From positions 128,001 through 192,000 of the forward strand of contig CAWAGQ010000008.1 in assembly GCA_963781585.1 (NCBI GenBank): a stretch of DNA of 64,000 nt. Direction: 5' to 3'. Positions 50,210 to 58,449 of this stretch are shown one piece after another; position 1 is the stretch's first letter, and the number at the start of each line of letters is the position of its first letter. The position numbers and the translations under genes were made by a program. Below the pieces are notes generated by a model. The model did no database searches. It was not told where the DNA came from and saw only the letters and a program-made list of their open reading frames with translations. Source of the stretch: an uncultured Gemmatimonadaceae bacterium. GTDB taxonomy: Bacteria; Gemmatimonadota; Gemmatimonadetes; Gemmatimonadales; Gemmatimonadaceae.

Positions 50210-50377
50210 ATGTCGAAGAGACGAAAGGCGAACATACCGCAGTTCGGCAGGTCGCGGACGCCCGGTGGTCCCGTCAAACCGGGACAGGCCATCGCTCCGC
50301 ACCCCGCGAAACCGCCTGTTCCTCAAGTCAAGCCTCACTCCAATCCGGTGAAGTCGTCGGGTCACCGCGGCGCGTAG
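50210..50377 (+). CDS. Small basic Pro/Lys-rich hypothetical protein (55 aa)
   Basis: GGAGGT RBS before ATG; MSKRRKANIPQFGRS...KSSGHRGA. Confidence 0.6.
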   Translation: MSKRRKANIPQFGRSRTPGGPVKPGQAIAPHPAKPPVPQVKPHSNPVKSSGHRGA

Positions 50378-50451
50378 GACCAGCCGCGCGTCGCGCGGTG
50401 GCTCACGCCGGGGAGCGCAGACGACGGGAGCCTGGCAGGCCGTGGGCGCCC

Positions 50452-51189
50452 GTGCCGGTCTCCCGGTGGGGATCGCGCCCGACCAGGGACCGGAGTCCGG
50501 CAGCGAGCCTGCGGCGGGTGTGGGCGCTGGCGCTCCTGTTCGTTCCCGGCTGCGTGCACACCGTCAGGACTGACGAGCCTGGCGCCAATCCGGATCGTCT
50601 GGCACTGCTGCTCGATCCGTCCGATCCGGAGTGGCGCAGTCCCGCACCGGCGGTCTCACACCTGCGCTTCGAGACGTCAAGAGGCGTCTTCGTACTTGAG
50701 CTGATTCGCGCGTGGGGGCCGATCGGCGCCGATCGCCTCTACAACCTGGCACGCCTCGGCTACTACGACGATACACGGTTCCACCGCGTCCGGGCACACT
50801 ACATCGCGCAATTCGGACTGCACGGCAATCCCGCCGTGAACGCAGCGTGGAGGGATCAATATCTCCCGGACGACCCACCGAGATCGGACAACCAACGGGG
50901 CACGTTTGCCTTCGCCTACAAGGCGGAGCCCAACACACGGAACACCCAGATCTACATCAACCTTGCCGATAATGCGCGCAACGACGCGGAGCCCTTCACC
51001 GTCCTCGGCACGGTGGTCGAAGGGATGGCGGTGGTCGACAGCCTCTACGCGGGATACGGCGAGAATTCCGGCAGCGGGATGCGCCAGGGACGTCAGGGGC
51101 CGCTTGCCGATGGCGGTAACGCCTACATGGACCGCGAGTTCCCCTTGCTCGATCGCATCCTGCGCGTCACGGTGACGGCGGTGCGGTAG
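50452..51189 (+). CDS. Cyclophilin-type peptidyl-prolyl isomerase, probable lipoprotein
   Basis: FHRV...IAQFG..G.P, N.RGT.AFA, R.TQ.YINL.DN, G.VVEGM.VVD; start uncertain. Confidence 0.85.
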   Translation: MPVSRWGSRPTRDRSPAASLRRVWALALLFVPGCVHTVRTDEPGANPDRLALLLDPSDPEWRSPAPAVSHLRFETSRGVFVLELIRAWGPIGADRLYNLARLGYYDDTRFHRVRAHYIAQFGLHGNPAVNAAWRDQYLPDDPPRSDNQRGTFAFAYKAEPNTRNTQIYINLADNARNDAEPFTVLGTVVEGMAVVDSLYAGYGENSGSGMRQGRQGPLADGGNAYMDREFPLLDRILRVTVTAVR

Positions 51190-52363
51190 CTGTTGTCACG
51201 CGCCGGAACACATCCCGCAGCCAATCCACGTGGTGCGTCAAATCGTGCCGGGCCAGAACGGCCTTGCTGTACTCGTCAGGCACCCCTGCCTTCAGCTGGC
51301 GCCCGGTGGCCACGTCGACGAGGCACCCCGCCAGCGCGCCGGCATCGCCATTGGGAAAGAGTAGCCCGGTCACACCATTCTCTACGCTCCCGGCCAACCC
51401 CCCTGTCGCACTCGCGATCACCGGCACTCCGCGTACGATCGCCTCGAGGGCATTGAGGCCGAGCGGCTCCGCCCAGCGCGACGGCGCAACGAGCGCCCAG
51501 GCGTCGGCCATCCGCCCTTCGACCTGCTCGAAGGGAACCCACCCGGTGAACTCGACCGCGTCGCCCAGAGCGAGTGCCGCCGCCGTCTGCTCCAGCGACG
51601 ATCGGAGGGGGCCATCGCCCACCACGCGCAGGCGAATTCCCGGCATCTGCCCGCGCGCGAGCGACAGTGCGTGCAAGAGCGTTCCCACCCCTTTCTCCCG
51701 CGCCAGTCGTCCCGTGAACACAAACAGCGGATCCTGAGAGGGGGCGCGGCGGAAGGTCGCCGCCGGTGGCGCGATCGGCATCGGCGACCAGCTCGACGCG
51801 ATGCCGGCATCGGCCAGCGCACGTTGCATCCACCCGCTGCAGGTGACGACGGCTGCCGCCCGGTGCACTGCATGGCGGATGCGCGCATAACGAGGGCGGT
51901 CGCGCAGCCAGTGCGCCAGGGGAAAACATCCGCCACGCCAGCACACGAGACCGGCCGGTGACGTGCAGAGCGAGTCGTCAGGCAGGAGCTTGAGCCCGTT
52001 CGGACAGATCGGTTTGTAGTACAGGATGCTGTGCACCATGGGCACGGCGCCGACGGCGGCCACCACCGACGGCGACAGGTGCATCTCGAACATGGTCACG
52101 TGTACCACATCGGGCCTGAAGGCGGCCACCGCGCGGCGCATCGTGCGGGCCGCTGCCGGATTCACGATCTGGAGCACGCTCTGAAACACCGGACTGCGCG
52201 ATCCGGCGGCGACGTAATCGGCAACCGCCGCGCCACTCCCGACGCTGCTGGTGAGCAAGCGCACCTCCTCGCCTGCGGCTTCCAACCCTCGCATCAGGAG
52301 CGTCAGGTACGTCTCCACTCCCCCTCCCTCACCGCCCCAGTCGGTCACGAACAGAATCCGCAT
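51167..52363 (-). CDS. GT4-family glycosyltransferase
   Basis: GG.ETY, F.GRL..EKG, PS.W.EP.GL..LEA...G.PVIAS..GG; TGATG coupling. Confidence 0.92.
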   Translation of the reverse strand: MRILFVTDWGGEGGGVETYLTLLMRGLEAAGEEVRLLTSSVGSGAAVADYVAAGSRSPVFQSVLQIVNPAAARTMRRAVAAFRPDVVHVTMFEMHLSPSVVAAVGAVPMVHSILYYKPICPNGLKLLPDDSLCTSPAGLVCWRGGCFPLAHWLRDRPRYARIRHAVHRAAAVVTCSGWMQRALADAGIASSWSPMPIAPPAATFRRAPSQDPLFVFTGRLAREKGVGTLLHALSLARGQMPGIRLRVVGDGPLRSSLEQTAAALALGDAVEFTGWVPFEQVEGRMADAWALVAPSRWAEPLGLNALEAIVRGVPVIASATGGLAGSVENGVTGLLFPNGDAGALAGCLVDVATGRQLKAGVPDEYSKAVLARHDLTHHVDWLRDVFRRVTTATAPPSP

Positions 52364-53346
52364 CAATCGACTCCGGCGGCGCGTTCACAGTTCGCAACGA
52401 TCTCCAGGCTGCGGAGCCCGTCATCGAAGGTGGGCAACTCGACGTCATGCCCCCGAATGCGGCGAACGAAAGCGTGAAACGCGTACTTCCAGGAGGGCTC
52501 GGTCTGAGGACGAATGAGCGCGCGGGCACGCCAGGCCAATACCGGCATCGTGATGGTCCGGGCACGCGCGCCCCGCACCACCAGCGAACGCGCGTATCGA
52601 TCGACCCGAAGGGCACCGCGGTCGCCGGTCAGTTCGATCCAATCGGCGCGGCCGGCGCGAAGCGAGAAGAATGACGACGCCACACAGCCACCATCGAAGT
52701 GAAGGCGCACCGATGCCGAGTCGTGTTCGGTGGCTTCGGAACGAATCGTCGCCTCGGTCCGGCACACTTCCTCACCCAGGAGCCAGCGCGCGAGATCGAA
52801 GTGGTGCGAACCCAGATCGAGCAACACGCCACCCCCCTGGTCGCGCCGCGCTTTCCAATCGGGTACTGGCGCGGGCTCCGAGAACTCGGACGACATGGTG
52901 TGCACCGTGCCGATCACACCATCCCGGATCAACTGGCGGGCTCGCGCAATCAGCGGTTGGAATCGCCAGTTGAATCCGATCATCGTCACGCGATTTGTGG
53001 TTCGCGCGACTGCTGCCAGGTGTTGGCCCTGCTCCAGGGTGGACGCGATCGGCTTCTCGAGGTACAGATGGCGTCGGCGCTGGAGCGCCGCCAGCGCGAG
53101 CCCGGCGTGGAGCCCGCTCGGCACTGCTACCACCACCGCATCCACGTCGTCGCGATCGAGCAGGCTCTCGGCGTCGGCGAGAGCCGCAGCCTGTGGCACC
53201 ATCCGCCGCGCGCGGTCGCGTGCATCGGACTCCGGATCGGCGATTGCCGTGACCCGCACGCCCGGCATGGCGCGGAGGACACGGAGATGGACCGCAGTGA
53301 CGATCGCGCCGCAGCCGATCACGCCGACACGCAGCGGCGGCGCCAT
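52363..53346 (-). CDS. Gfo/Idh/MocA NAD(P)-dependent oxidoreductase
   Basis: GVIGCG, EKP, GFN.RF, GGG.LLDLGSH.FD. Confidence 0.92.
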   Translation of the reverse strand: MAPPLRVGVIGCGAIVTAVHLRVLRAMPGVRVTAIADPESDARDRARRMVPQAAALADAESLLDRDDVDAVVVAVPSGLHAGLALAALQRRRHLYLEKPIASTLEQGQHLAAVARTTNRVTMIGFNWRFQPLIARARQLIRDGVIGTVHTMSSEFSEPAPVPDWKARRDQGGGVLLDLGSHHFDLARWLLGEEVCRTEATIRSEATEHDSASVRLHFDGGCVASSFFSLRAGRADWIELTGDRGALRVDRYARSLVVRGARARTITMPVLAWRARALIRPQTEPSWKYAFHAFVRRIRGHDVELPTFDDGLRSLEIVANCERAAGVD

Positions 53347-54278
53347 CAGATATATCGCGATCGGTGGACTTCGTATTCCGCGAGCTGCAGCGCCGCTTTG
53401 CCGCCGCCGGCCAGGTACCCCGTGGCCTCGCCAGCGGCCGTCACCATCGCGCTGAGAAGAATGAGCGCCAGTGTTCCCGCGGGCGCTCGCGATTTCTGAT
53501 ACGCCCACTGGACCGAACGCAGGGGCTTGCCAGCGATCAGGACGGCGGCGATCGGCGTGGCGAGGAAATACAGCAGGCGGCGCGAAGCGGACCATCCTCG
53601 CGAGCGGGCCGTTCCCCAGAATCTCCCCGTCAGAAAACGCTCCGGCAGCCAGCCGCGGAACGTTGCCACATTGAGGTGCGCCAGGCGTGCCGCGGGCTCG
53701 ATCAGAAAGCGCCCGCCGCGGTCACGAAGCAGCGCGTCCAACCCACTGCCATAGTCGAGCATTTCTGCCAGGCGCTCCCCGAGATCCACCAGTGCCTGAC
53801 GACGGAAGCATCCGTTGTAGGTGGCGATGGTCTCGATCTCCGTGCGGACTGCCGGATCTATCCAGTGCCGGTACGTCAACATCAGCAGCGCCCAGCTCAG
53901 CGCCTTTGTCGGATTGCCGTTTTCGATCACCGGCATGACCACGGCGTAGTCGCCGCCGGCGTGCGCGGCGAGCAGCGCCTGGAGACAGTCGGGCGCCGGA
54001 TAGGAGTGGGTCTCGCCGATGAAGACCAGTGGACACGAGGCCGCTCGGACACCCGCGGCGCGTGCTGGAGAGAGCGGCATGATCGCTTCAGCCTCGACCA
54101 CCCGGACTGCGCCGATTCCCGCGGTCTCCCGCGGGTCGAGCTCCAACTCCGCTCCTGACCGGCAGACGATGACGAGCTCGATGGCTGGAGAGATGGACTG
54201 CGCCCGCACCGCACGCACCACGTCGCGGATCGTGGCGAAGGTATCGGTCACTACCACGAAGGAGAGCTCGAGGCTCAC
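53346..54278 (-). CDS. GT2-like glycosyltransferase
   Basis: LSFVVVT N-terminal strand, RAAGV.AA, N..FRR..L; GTGA coupling. Confidence 0.75.
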   Translation of the reverse strand: MSLELSFVVVTDTFATIRDVVRAVRAQSISPAIELVIVCRSGAELELDPRETAGIGAVRVVEAEAIMPLSPARAAGVRAASCPLVFIGETHSYPAPDCLQALLAAHAGGDYAVVMPVIENGNPTKALSWALLMLTYRHWIDPAVRTEIETIATYNGCFRRQALVDLGERLAEMLDYGSGLDALLRDRGGRFLIEPAARLAHLNVATFRGWLPERFLTGRFWGTARSRGWSASRRLLYFLATPIAAVLIAGKPLRSVQWAYQKSRAPAGTLALILLSAMVTAAGEATGYLAGGGKAALQLAEYEVHRSRYI

Positions 54279-55204
54279 GCGTACCGCTCCTTGTGCAGCT
54301 CGTACTCGAGCATTCTCGCCTCGGACCGGCCCTCTCCCACCAGGTATCCTGCCGCCTCGCCGATCCCCCAGAGTACGCTTCCACCGGCCACCGCCACCAG
54401 CGTGCCCCTCGGGAGGCGGTTGTCGCTGCCGGCCAGCGCGACCGCCGGACGCGTCCTCGCGAAGCGGATCAGGGGAACCAGCGCCGAGCCGCAGAAGTAG
54501 ACCACTCTCCGGGCGAGCGACCACTCCCGGCTTCGGTGCGACCCGAACAGCCGGCCGCCCCAATAGCGTTCGGCCGCCCACGCGAACCAGGGCGCAACAT
54601 TCAGGTGCGCCACACGCGCGTCGGGCACGTGACAGAACCGCGCGCCGCGTGCAGCCAGCGCTGCATCCAGCGGTCCACCCGGCTCCAGCATGTGCGTGAG
54701 TCCGTCGCCCGCGCTCAGCAGCAGGTCGCGCTTCCAGGCGGCGTTGTAGGCCGGCGGCTCGGCGATCGGTCCCGCTGGACGTTCGGCGAGAAAGCGGCCG
54801 TAATCCATGACCAGTCCACTCCAGCTTCGCGCAGTACGCGGATTCCCGTTCGCCATTCCCGGCGCCACCGCATCCCACGGTCCCTCGAGCGCCTGGAGGA
54901 ACTTTTCGGCCCACGCGGGCGCCGGGAATGCGTGCGTCTCGCCAAGGACGACGACCGGCGCGTGCGCGGCGCGAACGCCCGCTGCCCGCGCCACGCCCAT
55001 CGGCACGAGCGGGCTTTCGACGAGTGTAACGCCGGAAAGCGCAGCAGCCACTTCCGCTGGTACCTCGCAGTTCGTCGCTGACGGGCACACCGCCACCAGC
55101 TCGATCTCACGCGCGAGCGTCTGGGCGCACAGATGGCTCGTCACGCGATGGATCGTCGCGTAGTCGTCGGTGAGGATGACGATCGAGAGCCGGGGGGCAG
55201 GCAT
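54275..55204 (-). CDS. GT2-like glycosyltransferase (paralog of the adjacent gene)
   Basis: LSIVI, RAAGV.AA, N.AW.RD.L. Confidence 0.75.
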   Translation of the reverse strand: MPAPRLSIVILTDDYATIHRVTSHLCAQTLAREIELVAVCPSATNCEVPAEVAAALSGVTLVESPLVPMGVARAAGVRAAHAPVVVLGETHAFPAPAWAEKFLQALEGPWDAVAPGMANGNPRTARSWSGLVMDYGRFLAERPAGPIAEPPAYNAAWKRDLLLSAGDGLTHMLEPGGPLDAALAARGARFCHVPDARVAHLNVAPWFAWAAERYWGGRLFGSHRSREWSLARRVVYFCGSALVPLIRFARTRPAVALAGSDNRLPRGTLVAVAGGSVLWGIGEAAGYLVGEGRSEARMLEYELHKERYA

Positions 55205-55222
55205 AGGCGGGAGGAGTCCAGA

Positions 55223-55348
55223 GGCCAAAGGCCAAAGGCCAAGGGCCAAAGGCCAAAGGCCAAAGGCCAAAGGCCAAAGGCCAAAGGCCAAAGGCCAAAG
55301 GCCAAAGGCCAAAGGCCAAAGGCCAAAGGCCAAAGGCCAAAGGCCAAA
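55223..55348. repeat. GGCCAAA heptamer VNTR, 18 units (17 perfect)
   Basis: 126 bp read directly from the sequence. Confidence 0.97.
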
Positions 55349-55569
55349 GTACGTCGGAAGATGCGCCAAACCATGGCTTTGCCGCCACTTGGTTGGCCAC
55401 GGGGCGCACCGCGAAAGGACTGCCTCACGTGCGCCACGGTCATCGCCGGCTCATTCGCAAACGCAAGGATCGTGCGCACCGCGCCTGACTCGCGGTAGCC
55501 GGGCGCACCTCTTTGCGTTGGGAACCGATTCGGGTCGCGCTCCGCACCCCCGACCACGACCTGCCGGAC

Positions 55570-55974
55570 CTACAGCAGCAGCAGGCCGCGCCTCACACCC
55601 GCCGCAACCGCTTCGGCACGAGACGAGACCGAGAGCTTCTCGAAGAGCAGCTCCAGGTGCGTCTTCACCGTGTTGGTGGAGATGCCGAGTCGTGCCGCGA
55701 TCTGCTTGTTTCCAAGTCCCTCGGCCAGGTAGCCGAGAATCTCGCGCTCCCGATTGGTGAGCACCGGTCCCACGATGGTGTCGGCGCGAGGGCGCGCCGT
55801 CACGAGCCGTTGATCATCAGGCGCGTGCGCCACGAGAACCAGGTCGGTCGTTTCGGACACCTCCTCCTCGGACGCCACGGCGCCTACGACATCAAAGGCG
55901 GCGTCGGCCCGGAGTGCGGCCGCCAGTTCCGCGCGCAGCCTCTCGGGCGAGGCCACGATGACGACCCGTGTCAC
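55570..55974 (-). CDS. LuxR-type HTH regulator with a shortened receiver-like N-terminus
   Basis: LT.REREIL..LAEG..NKQIA.RL.IS..TVK.H. Confidence 0.88.
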   Translation of the reverse strand: MTRVVIVASPERLRAELAAALRADAAFDVVGAVASEEEVSETTDLVLVAHAPDDQRLVTARPRADTIVGPVLTNREREILGYLAEGLGNKQIAARLGISTNTVKTHLELLFEKLSVSSRAEAVAAGVRRGLLLL

Positions 55975-55989
55975 GGGCAGGCCCGCGCG

Positions 55990-56589
55990 TCAGGCGGCGC
56001 GCCGCGACAGTGCGCGTTCCACAAAACGCCGCACCAGCCTGGCCGGAATGGCCACACCCAGGCCATTGACGACCATGCTGTTGACGCCCACCAGGCGCCC
56101 TTCGGCGTCCACCAGCGGGCCACCGGAGTTGCCCGGCGCCAGACGCACGTCCGCCACCACCCAGCGCGGTTCGTCGGTGCGTGGGTCGCGCGCGACCGCG
56201 TGCACCACGCCCATCGCCAGGGCGTCAGGGATCCCGAGCGGATGGCCATGAGCGAACACCAACTCGCCCACCCGTAACGAGCCGGTGTCCCGGACCTCGA
56301 GCAGAGGCCCGGCCACCGATGGCGCGGCGAGAAGCGCGAGATCATGATCCGGATGGTACGCGATGGCGGTGGCGTCGCGCCACGTGGTACCGACGCGTAC
56401 CGCGAGACGAGTCCGGCGCGGCACACAGTGCGCATTCGTCACGACGAGTCCGGCGCCACCCCAGATGATCCCGGTGCCGCTGCCGGTATCGCCGCTGCGA
56501 ACCTCCACCACCGCCTGACGCAGGAGCTCGCTCAGCCCAACGAGGCCGGAGGCCACCGCGCGCGCCGGACCTGACGATGTCGCGATCAT
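55990..56589 (-). CDS. Trypsin-like (S1C) serine protease without PDZ
   Basis: VTNAHC, DLALL, PGNSGGPL. Confidence 0.9.
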   Translation of the reverse strand: MIATSSGPARAVASGLVGLSELLRQAVVEVRSGDTGSGTGIIWGGAGLVVTNAHCVPRRTRLAVRVGTTWRDATAIAYHPDHDLALLAAPSVAGPLLEVRDTGSLRVGELVFAHGHPLGIPDALAMGVVHAVARDPRTDEPRWVVADVRLAPGNSGGPLVDAEGRLVGVNSMVVNGLGVAIPARLVRRFVERALSRRAA

Positions 56590-57536
56590 GATCGCCCCCC
56601 GCGGTCGATCGGCACGATCGAGACCTCCTTCACGGCGCCGCCGCGCAGCACCTTGAGCGCGACTGTCGAACCATCGTTCACGCCGGCGAGGACGTCGAGC
56701 AGGTCGGTGGGATGGCGCAGGACGTGCCCATTCGCCTCGACCAGGGCATCTCCGACGAACAGCCCTCCGCGCTCGGCTGGAGACCCGTCGCCAACTGACA
56801 GGATCAGCAGAGCGGTGTCGTTCGCGAGCTGATGCTGCCTGACGAGGGCGGAGGGAAGCATCACGGGCTGGACCGCGACCCCGATGAACGGGCGCGGTAC
56901 GTGACCCCGCGTGATGAGTTCGTCGATCACGCGATCGACGGCGAACGCCGGCAACGCCATGGGCATTCCGCGTCCCAGGGCGGAATTGTCGATGCCGAGC
57001 AGCGCGCCGCTGGCGTCCAGCAGCGGACCGCCGGAGAACCCGTCGTAGATCGCGAGGTCGAGTCGCAGCACCCTGTCAATCCGTGCGCCTCCACCACCAC
57101 CCTGCCAGGTACGCCATCCCTCGCGAATGGCGCTGATGACACCGAAGCTCGCGGTGACGTCGCGGCCGGGCCGGCCCGCGGCGATCACCAGCGCGCCTAC
57201 TCGCGTGGTTTCGGAGCCGCCCGGGGACGCCAGCAATGGCTTTGCACTTCCCGCCGCAATGCGGAGCGCGATCAGGTCCGTTGCAGCGTCCCGGCCGATG
57301 ACGGTCGACGTGGTGGACGCGCCGTCGGGAAGGGTGATGCCGATGTCGTCATCCTTGCGTACGGTATGGCTCGCGCTCACGATCACGCCGTCCCGCCAGA
57401 CGATTCCGCTTGATGGAATGCGCCGGCGTGCGTGAATGGCAACGATGGAGCCGGACGCAGCCTGGACCGCGTCAGCAAGCTCTGTTGAAAGCTGACTGAG
57501 CGTGCTCCCGGTCCTTCCCGTCTTCGATGGTGTCAT
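56586..57536 (-). CDS. S1C serine protease with C-terminal PDZ
   Basis: SASH, D..TDL, GFSGGPL, SPA..GGL..GD; AGGAG RBS. Confidence 0.9.
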   Translation of the reverse strand: MTPSKTGRTGSTLSQLSTELADAVQAASGSIVAIHARRRIPSSGIVWRDGVIVSASHTVRKDDDIGITLPDGASTTSTVIGRDAATDLIALRIAAGSAKPLLASPGGSETTRVGALVIAAGRPGRDVTASFGVISAIREGWRTWQGGGGGARIDRVLRLDLAIYDGFSGGPLLDASGALLGIDNSALGRGMPMALPAFAVDRVIDELITRGHVPRPFIGVAVQPVMLPSALVRQHQLANDTALLILSVGDGSPAERGGLFVGDALVEANGHVLRHPTDLLDVLAGVNDGSTVALKVLRGGAVKEVSIVPIDRGGRS

Positions 57537-57791
57537 GTCGCTCCTGCTGCGCAATGGGTTCGTCTGCAGTCAAACCCAATCGCAGCATCCGCACCATCGG
57601 ACAAATGGGGGAGGCAGGACCGGCGAGGATTGGTCGCGAACCGCAGACCGCATGCTGCCTCTGTTCAGGCTTCCGGAACGCCGAAGACAACGTCGGCGGG
57701 GTCGCTCAGGCAGCGACACCGCCGACGCATCCACGCCCGATCCGCGCGTCCTCCCGGGAGCGGAGAACCGGCGCGGAATTACGGTAACGGA

Positions 57792-58313
57792 CTACTGCTT
57801 CTTCGCCGTTGGAGGAAGCTGGCCGTTGAGCCGCAGGTAGATCGCGGCCTGGCTGTAATGGTCAGCCCAGTCTCCGGTCGTCATCGTCATCACAGCAGCA
57901 CGAGACATGGTGCTGCCGAACATCGACAGCTGTTCGGAGAGCTTGGAGTCGTCCAGGCTCGCCAGCACCTTGTCGCAGAAATCGAACGTCTCCTTCAGCC
58001 GGGCAACCAGGATGGCCTTGCTGTCAGTCGGTGCGACCTTCGAGCGTGTCGGCGCTTTCGTGCTGCTGATCGCGCCGCAGAAGAGGTCGTTGCCGCCAGC
58101 CAGGTGCGTCACTACCTGGCCGAAGGTCATTTGGGCATCGGTCGGCTTGAATCCATATTTGTCGGCGGGCATCGCCTCCGCCGCCGCCACGAGGATCTTC
58201 CCCTCGTGCATGGCGTCGTCACGAAACGCCTGAGCCACGGGCGACGACTGGGCAAGGGAGAGCGAGGGGACGAGGGCCGTGGCGAGCACGGCGGTGTAGA
58301 CGCGAATGTTCAT
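57792..58313 (-). CDS. Secreted DinB-family protein
   Basis: AEAMP.DKY.FKPT, FG..V.H, HY.Q...YLRL.G..PP. Confidence 0.88.
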   Translation of the reverse strand: MNIRVYTAVLATALVPSLSLAQSSPVAQAFRDDAMHEGKILVAAAEAMPADKYGFKPTDAQMTFGQVVTHLAGGNDLFCGAISSTKAPTRSKVAPTDSKAILVARLKETFDFCDKVLASLDDSKLSEQLSMFGSTMSRAAVMTMTTGDWADHYSQAAIYLRLNGQLPPTAKKQ

Positions 58314-58396
58314 GGGAGCTGCTCGGGGTTAGTGATACATCCATACTGTATTTGATCGGGCTCGGCGTCCAGACCGGCAGGAGCGGGCCCTTGGCA

Positions 58397-58445
58397 GGAA
58401 ATTGGAGTCAGACTCGTCGGAAATTGGGCTCAGACTCGAATTTCC
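58397..58445. repeat. Two direct copies of the REP-like unit seen at 38295
   Basis: ggaaattggagtcagactcg and ggaaattgggctcagactcgaatttcc. Confidence 0.8.
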
Positions 58446-58449
58446 GAGC

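Noticed and set aside
53346..55088. 580-aa ORF as a single long protein
   Set aside because: The N-terminal part overlaps the upstream GT2 in another frame; the true start is GTG 54278 (GTGA coupling)
55223..55348. Possible CRISPR array
   Set aside because: Contiguous 7-bp units with no spacers and no cas genes
55107..55760. ORFs encoding LWPLAFG or QRPKAKG repeats (also 36474-36952)
   Set aside because: Translations of the stop-free GGCCAAA DNA repeat; no independent evidence that they are proteins
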